This document shows positions 40,928 through 51,208 of a stretch of 64,000 nt of DNA, one piece after another. The translations under genes were made by a program, and so were the position numbers. This stretch comes from Paludibacteraceae bacterium (GTDB taxonomy: Bacteria; Bacteroidota; Bacteroidia; Bacteroidales; Paludibacteraceae), in the NCBI GenBank assembly GCA_047974405.1, contig JBKECI010000072.1, positions 35,862-99,861 of the forward strand. Direction: 5' to 3'. Position 1 is the first letter of the stretch. Each line of letters opens with the position of its first letter. The notes under the pieces were generated by a model that did no database searches, was not told the origin of the DNA, and worked only from the letters and a program-made list of their open reading frames with translations.

Positions 40928-42856
40928 ATGACGATACAAAAGACCTATCCATATTTAGAGAAAATAAATTCGCCCGACGATTTGAAAAAACTGAAAAAAG
41001 GAGAATTGAGCGTTGTAAGTGAAGAATTGAGGCATTTTATCATAGAAGAAGTTGCAAAAAATCCGGGACATTTAGGGTCGAGTTTGGGAGTGGCAGAGCT
41101 TACCGTAGCACTACATTACGTATTTAATACACCGTACGACAGGATAGTTTGGGATGTCGGGCATCAAGCCTACGGACACAAAATTTTGACAGGAAGACGA
41201 GATGTGTTTCATACCAATCGAAAACTCGGCGGGATAAGTGGATTTCCCAAAATATCTGAAAGCGAATACGATACATTTGGTGTAGGACATGCTTCCACCT
41301 CCATTTCGGCGGCGTTGGGTATGTCGGTGGCATCGTTGATAAAGGGGGAGAAAAGACAAGTGGTAGCGGTAATAGGAGATGGCGCAATGACCGGAGGGCT
41401 TGCTTTTGAAGGGCTGAACAATACTTCTATGGATAGAAATAATCTACTGATTATTCTCAACGACAATCAAATGGCTATTGACCCCATATTTGGAGGGTTT
41501 ACCCAATATCTAGTAGATATTACCACTTCTCATTTATACAATAAATTGAGGTACAAGATATATAACTTTTTCAAAAAAAGAAATTTAGTAAACGATGAAA
41601 GAAAAAAGCAAATAATCAGGGTTAATAACAGTATAAAAACTTTTTTTACCCGACAAAAGCAAAACATATTCGAATCGCTCAATATACGATATTTTGGTCC
41701 GGTCGATGGACACGATGTGGAAAATCTGGTTCGCATTCTCTCCGAAATCAAAAATTACGAAGGGCCAAAAGTGCTTCACTGCATCACGAAAAAAGGGAAA
41801 GGTTATGAGCCGGCAGAAAATTCGGCTACCGTATGGCATGCCCCGGGCAAGTTTGACCCCGAAACCGGAGAGCGGTTGGCTTGTAACCACAACAATGCCG
41901 AACCTCAACTGTTTCAAGAAGTATTCGGAAAAACGCTGTTGGAATTAGCAAAAGAGAATGATAAGATTGTGGGAATTACCCCCGCGATGCCTTCGGGCTG
42001 CTCTATGACCATTATGCAAAAATATTTTTCTGAGAGAGTATTTGATGTGGGCATTGCGGAAGGGCATGCAGTTACATTCTCTGCCGGACTGGCAAAAGAG
42101 GGGATGGCGCCGTTTTGCAATATCTATTCCTCCTTTATGCAGCGTGCCTACGACAATGTAATTCATGACGTGGCAATACAGAAACTCCCTGTCGTTCTGT
42201 GTTTGGATAGAGCCGGAATTGTAGGCGCCGATGGCGCCACCCACCAAGGACAGTTTGATCTGGCTTATATGAGATGTATTCCTCATCTTACCATCGCTGC
42301 ACCAAGAAACGAATTGGAGTTGAGGCAGTTGATGTACACAGCACAATTGCCAGACAAAGGGGCTTTTGTGATTCGCTATCCAAGAGGCAAAGGATATTTG
42401 ATAGATTGGCACGCGGCCTGGCAGGAACTACCGATAGGAGAGGGGGAATGCTTGAAAGAAGGTGATGACATGGCTGTAGTTACCATCGGCACTATGGCAA
42501 ATGCTGCCGAAAAAGCGATAAACATATTTGAAAACGAAAAAAATATAACCGTAGCACTATATGATGCCCGTTTTTTGAAACCCTTAGATGAAAAAATGCT
42601 ACACTCAATAGGGAAAAAGCACAAAAAAATAGTAACGGTAGAAGACGGAGTGATACAAGGCGGATTTGGGAGCGCATTGTTGGAATTTATGGAAGACAAC
42701 AGATATGATGTTGATGTTTTACGTTTAGGAATCCCCGATAAATTTGTAGAACATGGTACTCCCGAAGAGCTGTATGCCACACTTGGATTGGATGCTGAAG
42801 GAATAAAAAAAAGCATTGAAGTTTTTTTTTATACTCATCAAAAGAGCAAACAATAA
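40928..42856 (+). CDS. dxs: 1-deoxy-D-xylulose-5-phosphate synthase
   Basis: N-terminal [16 protein letters not shown], the thiamine-diphosphate-binding region [20 protein letters not shown], and GDGAMTGG. The ORF opens at 40904; the likely start is at 40928. Confidence 0.9.
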   Translation: MTIQKTYPYLEKINSPDDLKKLKKGELSVVSEELRHFIIEEVAKNPGHLGSSLGVAELTVALHYVFNTPYDRIVWDVGHQAYGHKILTGRRDVFHTNRKLGGISGFPKISESEYDTFGVGHASTSISAALGMSVASLIKGEKRQVVAVIGDGAMTGGLAFEGLNNTSMDRNNLLIILNDNQMAIDPIFGGFTQYLVDITTSHLYNKLRYKIYNFFKKRNLVNDERKKQIIRVNNSIKTFFTRQKQNIFESLNIRYFGPVDGHDVENLVRILSEIKNYEGPKVLHCITKKGKGYEPAENSATVWHAPGKFDPETGERLACNHNNAEPQLFQEVFGKTLLELAKENDKIVGITPAMPSGCSMTIMQKYFSERVFDVGIAEGHAVTFSAGLAKEGMAPFCNIYSSFMQRAYDNVIHDVAIQKLPVVLCLDRAGIVGADGATHQGQFDLAYMRCIPHLTIAAPRNELELRQLMYTAQLPDKGAFVIRYPRGKGYLIDWHAAWQELPIGEGECLKEGDDMAVVTIGTMANAAEKAINIFENEKNITVALYDARFLKPLDEKMLHSIGKKHKKIVTVEDGVIQGGFGSALLEFMEDNRYDVDVLRLGIPDKFVEHGTPEELYATLGLDAEGIKKSIEVFFYTHQKSKQ

Positions 42857-43067
42857 TTTGTGGAAAGTTAGCTTTATAAAACGAATCAATATTGGCATGT
42901 TGCGCCAAGCGACGATGTTTTGACATAAGAGTTTTACGTGATAAAAAATAGAATAGAAAATAACTCATGAGACCGATATGATTGAAATAATCGTCATTTC
43001 CGATATTTAATGATGTTTTATCATCAAAGGTTTTGTCTGACAATTAAAAAATCAACTATAGACAGAG

Positions 43068-44402
43068 ATGAAAATAATTATTGCCGGCGCAGGAGAGGTC
43101 GGAACCCACCTTGCCAAATTGCTCTCAAAAGAAAATATGGACATCACTTTGATGGATGAAGCAGCCAGTAAACTGAACAATATGGAGTCGATGTACGATT
43201 TGCTTACACACGCAGGGTCACCTACTTCCATCCAAAGCCTCAAAGAAGTAGGGGTAGAAAAGGCAGATCTGTTTGTAGCCGTTACACCCTACGAAAGTGT
43301 AAATATGACAGCCTGCATGCTTGCTTCCAACTTAGGGGCTAAACGCACCTTGGCGCGCATAGAAAATTACGAATATTTAGAAATTGAGAATAGAGATTTT
43401 TTTGCAAAGCTCGGAGTCGATTACCTTATTTGTCCCGAAATATTGGCAGCCAAAGAAATTGTAGAATCTATCAATAATACCTGGTTACGGCAATATTTGA
43501 GCTTTCAAGAGGGAGCTTTGATACTTTTGGGTATTAAAGTTAGAGACAATTCGGATATATTAAATAAATCGTTCAGTTCGGGATATTTCGATCATGGCAA
43601 ATACAGGGTTGTCGCCATAAGCAGGGGGAGCAAAACCATTATTCCTAAAGGTCCGGACGAAATTGTTGCAGGCGATATTGTCTATTTTATCACCACAAAA
43701 GATAATGTGGAATATGTAAAAGAACAAGCCGGTAAAAAATCATATCAGGTTAAGAGTATGATGGTGATGGGAGGCAGCCGGATAGCCCAAAAGACCATTC
43801 AAATGCTCTCGGGCGATATCAACTGCAAAATGCTGGAGCGTGATGTGGAGAAGTGTTATAAGCTTGCCGATAAACTCAAAGACACATTGATAATAAATGT
43901 GGACGGAAGAAATATGGAGGCACTCAAAGCTGAAGGGATACACGATGTGGATGCCTTTATCGCTACAACCGCCGATTCCGAATCCAATATTCTTACCTGT
44001 TTGGCAGCCAAAAAACTCGGAGTGAAAAAGACGGTGGCAGAAGTAGAAAATATAGACTACATTGAACTCGCGGAGGATATGGACATTGGTACGATTATCA
44101 ACAAAAAAATGATTGCCGCGAGCTACATATACCAGCTTACCTTAGACGCAGACGTGCTGGATGTACGCACTTTGACTTCGGCAGACGCCGAAGTGGTGGA
44201 GTTTGTTGCCAAAGAAAACTCCAAAATAACAAAATCGCCTATACGGGATATAAAATTTCCGAACGATGTAAATATTGGCGGATTTGTCAGAGACGGAGTA
44301 GGAAACATTGTTTATGGTAGCACCTTGATACAGCCCGACGACCATGTGATTGTTTTTTGCGTTTCGTCCGCTATCCGAAAAGTAGAAACATTATTCAATT
44401 AA
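43068..44402 (+). CDS. trkA: Trk potassium uptake system NAD-binding protein TrkA (two RCK domains)
   Basis: MKIIIAGAGEVGTHLAKLL Rossmann motif, repeated in the second half (MVMGGSRIAQ...); 444 aa. Confidence 0.85.
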   Translation: MKIIIAGAGEVGTHLAKLLSKENMDITLMDEAASKLNNMESMYDLLTHAGSPTSIQSLKEVGVEKADLFVAVTPYESVNMTACMLASNLGAKRTLARIENYEYLEIENRDFFAKLGVDYLICPEILAAKEIVESINNTWLRQYLSFQEGALILLGIKVRDNSDILNKSFSSGYFDHGKYRVVAISRGSKTIIPKGPDEIVAGDIVYFITTKDNVEYVKEQAGKKSYQVKSMMVMGGSRIAQKTIQMLSGDINCKMLERDVEKCYKLADKLKDTLIINVDGRNMEALKAEGIHDVDAFIATTADSESNILTCLAAKKLGVKKTVAEVENIDYIELAEDMDIGTIINKKMIAASYIYQLTLDADVLDVRTLTSADAEVVEFVAKENSKITKSPIRDIKFPNDVNIGGFVRDGVGNIVYGSTLIQPDDHVIVFCVSSAIRKVETLFN

Positions 44403-44434
44403 CATAAATATATTCATATAGCTGCTAGAGAGAT

Positions 44435-45907
44435 ATGTTGGCAAATACTCAAATCAATTATAAGTTGGTTGCTAAAACAATGGGCAGGCTTCTTTTGGTA
44501 GAAAGTGCAATATTATTTTCGGTACTCTTTATATCATTAATTTACAGAGAAAAAGACGGATATTTTTTTGTGCTTACCTCTGCCATAGCATTGCTCACGG
44601 GTATTGTTTTTATCCTGTTGGGGCGTAATGCTCCAATGCGTGTGGGAAAAAGAGAAGGTTCAATGATAGTCTCGTTTACTTGGATTGTTTTTTCTGTCAT
44701 TGGAGCATTGCCTTTTTGGTTAAGTGGAAGTATTCCTCTGTTTGCCGATGCCTATTTTGAAACCATCTCCGGTTTTACTACTACAGGAGCCTCTATACTG
44801 AATAATATTGAAGAACTTTCGCACGGAATGCTTTTTTGGAGGTCGCTTACCCATTGGGTGGGCGGTTTGGGGATTATAGTCATTTCACTAGCGCTGCTCC
44901 CGATGTTTGGAGTTAGCGGTACTCAACTTTTTGCTGCCGAAACCAGTGGACCCACCAAAGATAAAATTCATCCGAAAATCAACGAAACAGCCAAAAGGCT
45001 TTTCTTCATTTATGTGCTTTTGACCTTTGCCGAAACCGTACTTTTGTTGTTTGGAGGGATGAATTTGTTCGATTCGATATGTCATTCGTTTGGAACCATT
45101 GCTACAGGTGGTTTCTCTACCAAGCAAGCCAGTATCGGATATTACCACTCTCCCTACATAGAATATGTGGTAGCAATATTTATGGTACTTTCGGGTATAA
45201 ATTTCGGAAACTACTATTTGGTCTACAAAGGGAATTTCAATAAAGTCAGAGAAAATGAAGAAGTTCGCTATTTTTTATTGCTGTTAATTGTATTTTCGCT
45301 GATTACAGCCTTATCGCTCATCGACTACAAAAATATAACCAGGAGTGGTATCGAAAAAGCATGGCGCGATGCATTTTTTACAATATCTTCTTTGATGACC
45401 ACTACCGGAATGGCAACGGCAGATTATATGCTGTGGAAACCTTTCACTTGGATAATACTTCTTTTTGTGATGATGACGGGAGCTTCTGCCGGTTCTACCA
45501 GTGGAGGAATTAAAATGATACGTATTACCATTGCCGCCAAAGCCTGCTATTACGAATTCAAACGGTTGATACATCCATCGGCTATTATCCCTGTTAAGTA
45601 CAATAAGCACGTTGTGTCGGAAGATATATTGACACGTGTAACAGCCTTCATACTTCTGTATGTAGTCTTTGCTGCGTTTGGTGTTTTTGTATTGGCACTT
45701 TCGGGGATGGGATTTTTAGAGTCGGTAGGAGGGATGATAACCTGTCTTGGGGGGGTCGGGCCCGGTCTGGGAACGGTTGGTCCGATGGGCAATTTTTCAC
45801 AAGTACCGGAGTTTAGTAAATGGTTTCTTGCGTTGGTGATGCTTACAGGGAGATTAGAGTTATATACTGTTCTGATGATTTTTACCCCGGCATTTTGGCA
45901 AAAATAA
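44435..45907 (+). CDS. trkH: TrkH/KtrB family potassium transporter (copy 1)
   Basis: Polytopic membrane protein with repeated selectivity-filter-like segments (FTTTGASI, ATGGFST, TTTGMAT, GSTSGGIK); 490 aa. Confidence 0.8.
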   Translation: MLANTQINYKLVAKTMGRLLLVESAILFSVLFISLIYREKDGYFFVLTSAIALLTGIVFILLGRNAPMRVGKREGSMIVSFTWIVFSVIGALPFWLSGSIPLFADAYFETISGFTTTGASILNNIEELSHGMLFWRSLTHWVGGLGIIVISLALLPMFGVSGTQLFAAETSGPTKDKIHPKINETAKRLFFIYVLLTFAETVLLLFGGMNLFDSICHSFGTIATGGFSTKQASIGYYHSPYIEYVVAIFMVLSGINFGNYYLVYKGNFNKVRENEEVRYFLLLLIVFSLITALSLIDYKNITRSGIEKAWRDAFFTISSLMTTTGMATADYMLWKPFTWIILLFVMMTGASAGSTSGGIKMIRITIAAKACYYEFKRLIHPSAIIPVKYNKHVVSEDILTRVTAFILLYVVFAAFGVFVLALSGMGFLESVGGMITCLGGVGPGLGTVGPMGNFSQVPEFSKWFLALVMLTGRLELYTVLMIFTPAFWQK

Positions 45908-46091
45908 AATACGTTTTTAGTGATTTTAATATATCTATACTTATTACAAATTCAAATAGTATTTCTGTCAAATACTTATAGATTATTGTTTGTAGTACAA
46001 TAGTTTGTACTATACTCTTGTATTACTTGATTGTAAAATTAGAGCAGTAAAAAAATGTTATAACCCAACTATATTTGAAAAATAATATCCT

Positions 46092-47564
46092 ATGTTTTCC
46101 GGTTCCAATATAAATTACAGATTAATACTGAGTGTGATAGGGCGACTGCTACTTGTTGAAAGTGTAGTGCTGTTTTCCGTTATATTTGTCTCGTTGGTGT
46201 TTGATGAAAGCGATTGGCGTTTTTTTGCAGGAGCTTCGTTTGTAGCATTACTTGTCGGGATTGTTTTTATGTTATTGGGGCGTAGAGCCCCCGACCGCGT
46301 AGGCAAACGGGAGGGGGTAGTCATTGTAACCTTTGTATGGGTAGTGTTTTCATTGATAGGGGCCTTACCCTTTTGGTTGAGTAAAAGTATTCCCTCATAT
46401 ACCGACGCTTATTTTGAAACCATATCCGGTTTTACTACCACGGGAGCCTCCATTCTCAATAATATTGAAGAACTTTCGCACGGGATGCTCTTTTGGCGTT
46501 CCTTAACCCAATGGCTGGGAGGCTTAGGCATCATTGTCATATCTTTGGCGCTACTACCCGTTTTCGGGATAAGTGGTATGCAACTATTTGCGGCAGAAAC
46601 CACCGGTCCCACCAAAGATAAAATACATCCGAAAATAAGCGAAACCGCTAAACGGCTGTTTACAATTTATATAGCGCTTACCTTGATAGAGAGCGTTTTA
46701 CTGTACTTTGGCGGAATGAGTGTTTTTGATGCCGTCTGCCACTCGCTTACTACCATTGCTTCCGGCGGGTTTTCTACCAAACAGGCAAGTGTCGCCTATT
46801 TCAACTCTGCATACATCGAATATGTTATAGCCATCTTTATGATTTTGGCAGGGGTTAATTTTAGTTTGTTCTATTTCGGATTTAAAAGAAAATTTTCTAA
46901 AATCAAAGAAAATGAAGAGTTTAAATATTATCTGTATATCACCCTTCTCTTCTCACTGATAATATTGATATCCATCATCGATTTTGACAATATTTCGTTG
47001 GCTACATTAGAAGAGTATTGGCGCGACTCAATATTTATGATATCGTCAATGCTTACCACCACCGGATTTGCTACGGTAGATTATATGCACTGGCCTCCTG
47101 TAACTTGGATTGTTATTGCAGGTACTATGATGATCGGAGCTTCTGCAGGCTCTACGGCAGGCGGAATTAAAGTAGTCCGGATTATTATTTCGACCAAAGC
47201 CTTTTATTACGAATTCAAACGATTGGTACACCCCACGGCAGTTATACCGATAAGGTACAACAAGCACGTAATCAAAGATGATATCGTAACGCGCATACTC
47301 GCGTTTGTATTGCTTTATGTAATCGTAATATTTATCGGAGTATTTGTTTTAGCTATGTCGGGAATGGATATGACCGAATCTATTGGGGGGATGATTACTT
47401 GTGTCGGATGTGTCGGTCCGGGGTTTGGTTCGCTTTCGCCATCCGGTTCTTTCTCACACATTCCCGAATTTGGAAAATGGGTACTTACTTTTGCTATGTT
47501 GATAGGGAGGTTGGAACTTTATACCGTATTAATGCTATTTACACCTGCTTTTTGGAAAAAGTAA
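46092..47564 (+). CDS. trkH: TrkH/KtrB family potassium transporter (copy 2, paralog of 44435-45907)
   Basis: Colinear with copy 1 and the same length (490 aa). By eye it is roughly two-thirds identical, including ETISGFTTTGASILNNIEELSHGMLFWRSLT and TGPTKDKIHPKI. Confidence 0.8.
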   Translation: MFSGSNINYRLILSVIGRLLLVESVVLFSVIFVSLVFDESDWRFFAGASFVALLVGIVFMLLGRRAPDRVGKREGVVIVTFVWVVFSLIGALPFWLSKSIPSYTDAYFETISGFTTTGASILNNIEELSHGMLFWRSLTQWLGGLGIIVISLALLPVFGISGMQLFAAETTGPTKDKIHPKISETAKRLFTIYIALTLIESVLLYFGGMSVFDAVCHSLTTIASGGFSTKQASVAYFNSAYIEYVIAIFMILAGVNFSLFYFGFKRKFSKIKENEEFKYYLYITLLFSLIILISIIDFDNISLATLEEYWRDSIFMISSMLTTTGFATVDYMHWPPVTWIVIAGTMMIGASAGSTAGGIKVVRIIISTKAFYYEFKRLVHPTAVIPIRYNKHVIKDDIVTRILAFVLLYVIVIFIGVFVLAMSGMDMTESIGGMITCVGCVGPGFGSLSPSGSFSHIPEFGKWVLTFAMLIGRLELYTVLMLFTPAFWKK

Positions 47565-47599
47565 TATAAATATCTCAAACTGCCGGCATAGAATGTGAG

Positions 47600-47640
47600 G
47601 CTTTTTTCAGCAAATCCTAAGTAAGGGTTGCTGAAAAAAG
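47600..47640. other. Perfect 13-bp stem-loop CTTTTTTCAGCAA-N15-TTGCTGAAAAAAG in convergent intergenic region; no flanking U-tract
   Basis: Seen directly in the sequence. It lies 36 nt downstream of the trkH copy-2 stop. Confidence 0.4.
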
Positions 47641-47720
47641 ATTAAGTGCGTCAGATGCAAGCTGCCGAAGCGTAGATGTATAATAATACTTCAAGTTGAA
47701 GGCGGCAAAGTAGATAACGT

Positions 47721-47860
47721 GCATAAAACTAATGATTTATATCACTTTTAATCTTGATTTTTATTTTGTAAAATACAAAAGTTCTATCTGAATTATTAGA
47801 AAAGCCTTGCATTTATGTATCTAAAACGCTTTGTAAAATATATTTAATCAGTTGTTTAGG
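47721..47860 (+). repeat. Copy A of a ~140-nt intergenic element (candidate structured sRNA/regulatory repeat); copy B at 56409-56550
   Basis: About 88% identity over the first ~105 nt (gcataaaactaaYgatttatatcacttttaaYcttRatttttRttttgtaaaatRcaaaRgttctRtctgaattatta...), same orientation. The internal hairpin TTTTGTA-aaa-TACAAAA becomes TTTTGTA-aaa-TGCAAAG in copy B, preserved only through G-U wobbles on the + strand. Confidence 0.5.
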
Positions 47861-48181
47861 CATCATTTGCATCCTCTTCTGGTGCGAATTACAAATCTAC
47901 ACCTTGTTTTTATTAAAAATAATTTATTGTTTCTACCAAGCAAACCACCGATTGCACATCTGCGAGAGTGAGGCCGATTTGTCCGAAATTCTCAATATCG
48001 AAATCTAAATATTAGTAAAGAGGTTGTTTGTTGAAAAAGAGGAACTTACAAGGCGATTGAATTTAAAAAACCTAACGAAAGCGGGTTGAATTGAACTTGC
48101 GAAAGTTGAATTAATAAAAAAAACACCTCAACTTTGAGTCAAACCAGCCCAAAATTTGGGAAGTAGCTTAATCAGTTGAAA

Positions 48182-48874
48182 TTATATTTTCCCTTCGTCT
48201 GCAAAGCTGTAATATTTACCATCTGCCACAATGACATGATCCAAAAGACGTATGCCTATAGCTTTACATCCTGTGTTGATACGTTCTGTAACAATCTTAT
48301 CTCCCTCACTTGGGTTTGGTTGTCCTGAGGGGTGATTGTGTGCCACAATCATAGACGATGCTGATTTTTCGAGCGCCAGTTTCAATATCATTGGGACATC
48401 GACCACCGTTTGCTGCATTCCTCCCTGTGTAACTTTTCGTACTTCGAGTACCTTATTGGCATTGTTTAAAAGGGCTATCCAAAATTCTTCGTGTTTGAGG
48501 TCTGACAAAAGCGGTTGAAAGAGTTCAAATACATCGTTACTTTCCTGGATTTGCTTTTTTTCCAAAAAAATGGCGTGTCGTCTTCTTTTTCCCAGTTCGA
48601 GTGCCGCCACTATAGCGATGGCTTTTGCTTCGCCTATGCCTTTGTAGTTGCATAATTCACCGACAGATAAGCGAGCTAGCTCGTTCAGGTTATCTTGAGA
48701 ATTGCGCAAAATACGCCTGCATAGCTCTACTGCTGTTTCATTCTTATTGCCCGAGCCTATTAATATGGCTAGTAGTTCGGCATCAGAAAGCGCGCTACTT
48801 CCCTTGTTCATAAGTTTTTCACGGGGGCGGTCATTTTCTGCCCAATCGGTAATTTTTAAGTGTTTTTCATTCAT
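48182..48874 (-). CDS. radC: RadC-like JAMM/MPN-domain protein (UPF0758 family)
   Basis: N-terminal helix-hairpin-helix-like region (LSDAELLAILIGSG) and a C-terminal JAMM motif region (MIVAHNHPSGQPNPSEGD); 230 aa. Confidence 0.8.
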   Translation of the reverse strand: MNEKHLKITDWAENDRPREKLMNKGSSALSDAELLAILIGSGNKNETAVELCRRILRNSQDNLNELARLSVGELCNYKGIGEAKAIAIVAALELGKRRRHAIFLEKKQIQESNDVFELFQPLLSDLKHEEFWIALLNNANKVLEVRKVTQGGMQQTVVDVPMILKLALEKSASSMIVAHNHPSGQPNPSEGDKIVTERINTGCKAIGIRLLDHVIVADGKYYSFADEGKI

Positions 48875-48879
48875 ATAGG

Positions 48880-49989
48880 CTAAGGCTGTTTTGTAGAGAA
48901 ATGTGTTAGATATGTTATAATATCATCGTTGCTATCATATATTTGCAGGTCGATATGATGTAGGTCTCCTCTTTCCACCATCGTTTTTATCAACGGAAAA
49001 ACGGGACGTTCTTCAGTCCAGTATTTTGAATCGAGAAAAACCATAGGGCTGGCATATCCATAAGACTCATAATGATTTTGAGCTAAATCCTGAAAAATTT
49101 CCTGCATAGTACCTGCACTCCCGGGCGAGAATACAACACCCCCTTTGGCTATTGCGAGCAGCCCCTCTTCGCGAATGCTGTTTTCGAAAAACTTAGCAAT
49201 ATGGGTGGCAAAAGGGGTAGAAAGTTCGTGTCCGTAGAGCCATGTGGGTATGCCTAAGCTTTTGAATTTCGTCTCTGGGTATTTTTCTAATACCTGAAAG
49301 GCTGTGGCTATCCACTCCGGATGATCGTAATGTGGAGCCTTTGCGAGTATTTTTAATGCCTCTGCCAGTTCGTCATTATATTTTCCGGCAAACCAAGCTC
49401 CCAAATGGGTAGCTTCCATTGCGCCCGGCCCGCCTCCCGACACCATCAAAAATCCCTGTTCTGCCAATTGTTTGGAGAGTAAGGCTATTTGTAGAAACAT
49501 CACATCGTCTCGTCCTAATTTGTGCCCCCCCATAATTGCCACAATCTTTCTCTCTTCGTAATGTTCCAAAAAAGCATTCAATGCGTCGTTTATCGAGTGG
49601 TCGTGCAACGAACGGGCCAGTGTCTCTTTGATGTTTCGTGTTTCTACACCCATTTTGCGGTAGTAGTCATACACTGTTTTATCGTAGGTTTGCTTGTAAC
49701 TTTCGGGGGTGCGGTAGTCATACCCTCCATAAAGTAGATTTTTGTTGTAGAGTTCGGGAGGATATACCGAATAAGGGACATCCAAACGGGGGAATATATA
49801 ATTTTCAGTGTAAATATGCAATCTCATATTTTCCGTCATCTCGCAATCGAGAAATAGACATTTGATGAAGTTTTTATCTGCAAGCAACTTCTCAAAGCCT
49901 GTCAGATTCAACGATTGAAACGCAATATTCCGGATTGTGTGTTTTGATAATATCTGTTCTAACTCGGGATATGTGTCTATCTTTTTCAT
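48880..49989 (-). CDS. LOG-family protein (nucleotide 5'-monophosphate nucleosidase, PpnN/YgdH-like) with ~140-aa N-terminal extension
   Basis: LOG signature motifs are present: GGGPGAME (as MVSGGGPGAMEA) and PGSAGTMQE. It lies 5 nt upstream of the radC-like gene on the same strand. Confidence 0.6.
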   Translation of the reverse strand: MKKIDTYPELEQILSKHTIRNIAFQSLNLTGFEKLLADKNFIKCLFLDCEMTENMRLHIYTENYIFPRLDVPYSVYPPELYNKNLLYGGYDYRTPESYKQTYDKTVYDYYRKMGVETRNIKETLARSLHDHSINDALNAFLEHYEERKIVAIMGGHKLGRDDVMFLQIALLSKQLAEQGFLMVSGGGPGAMEATHLGAWFAGKYNDELAEALKILAKAPHYDHPEWIATAFQVLEKYPETKFKSLGIPTWLYGHELSTPFATHIAKFFENSIREEGLLAIAKGGVVFSPGSAGTMQEIFQDLAQNHYESYGYASPMVFLDSKYWTEERPVFPLIKTMVERGDLHHIDLQIYDSNDDIITYLTHFSTKQP

Positions 49990-50017
49990 AGGAATAGCAA
50001 ACTTGTTTCAACAGAGA

Positions 50018-51037
50018 TTAAGGGCGATAGCCCGATTGCTCCAATATTTTTTGATAATCGCCGTTTTGCATCAGTTCTTGTAACGTAACTGACGGATTGT
50101 TTTTCATATATTCCGAGATTATTTTCCAACCGATGTATATCCCCAATCTTCCCGGCGAATCTTGTGAAACGGGAGTTGTAAACGGTGCATCATTCAGATA
50201 TTTTCCTATAAGCTGCATATTGGTCGAAAACAAGTCTTTTTGTCCTACAATTGTTTTCCAGATGTTATTTTCGTATTTTTCTGCCCACTGCATCTGCTGT
50301 AGAGAGTAACCGAGAATGTCTTCCATTTTTTTATCGGGCATAAAGGACGACAGCAGATAGAGTATTTTTCCTCTATGGAGCATGTTGTCCATCAGCCTGT
50401 TTTGCTTTCCATCAAAAACAAAATAATTAAATAATACGACCGACACTATATCTATGGAAACCATCTCCTTACGCATATTGTAAAGCAAATAGTCGTATGT
50501 AAACTCTTTGTAAAGAGGGTAGTCTGCTCCCAGATAGAAATCAGTACCAATGCCTAATATTCCATTTTCTATCATTACGGCACGGTTAAATCCCGACACG
50601 TAGAAGTAGATATCGGGTAGGGGTATTGGAGGGAAATAATCGTTTATGTAGGAAAATGCCTGAGACAAGTCGCTCTCGATATCTGATACGTCTGCAAAGA
50701 TTTCAAACGTCTTTTGATTAACTCTTTGGATGGTGCTGTCTGAAATAAACTGTGCAAAAAGTTGGCCAACTTCCGCCGTATTGCTACTGTTTACATCCAA
50801 TATGTTACCGATATAAACCGGCACAAATTTGGGATATTTTTGATATAATTTATCTGTATAGTCAGTAGCGTTTGCTGTGTCAAATTGTATTAAATCTTTA
50901 TCAAATCTCTTTATTTTGATATTGATGCTACTGTTCTCTTGTGTTCTTTGTATTTTGTATCGCCCTGAATGATTGTTGCAAGAGGCGACCGCAATCGAAA
51001 CAGTCAGAATGGAAAGTATGTAATAAGCTAATTTCAT
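50018..51037 (-). CDS. Lipoprotein, possibly GldB family (gliding-motility-associated lipoprotein homolog)
   Basis: Lipobox AVASC; 339 aa. The overall size and composition are reminiscent of GldB, but this is not a motif-verified call. Confidence 0.3.
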   Translation of the reverse strand: MKLAYYILSILTVSIAVASCNNHSGRYKIQRTQENSSINIKIKRFDKDLIQFDTANATDYTDKLYQKYPKFVPVYIGNILDVNSSNTAEVGQLFAQFISDSTIQRVNQKTFEIFADVSDIESDLSQAFSYINDYFPPIPLPDIYFYVSGFNRAVMIENGILGIGTDFYLGADYPLYKEFTYDYLLYNMRKEMVSIDIVSVVLFNYFVFDGKQNRLMDNMLHRGKILYLLSSFMPDKKMEDILGYSLQQMQWAEKYENNIWKTIVGQKDLFSTNMQLIGKYLNDAPFTTPVSQDSPGRLGIYIGWKIISEYMKNNPSVTLQELMQNGDYQKILEQSGYRP

Positions 51038-51208
51038 TGGTACTCTATTGTTTGTGATATGTGCTTTTTGTGGATAAAATGGTCTGTTAAATAACGTAGA
51101 AAACAGTATTTGCTTTGTCTGTTTTGGAGTTTACAAAAATAAAAAACCACAATAACTTCCCCAATGGTTTTTGAGAGTGATTGTGGCTTTTGGGTTTATT
51201 GTTTGTCT

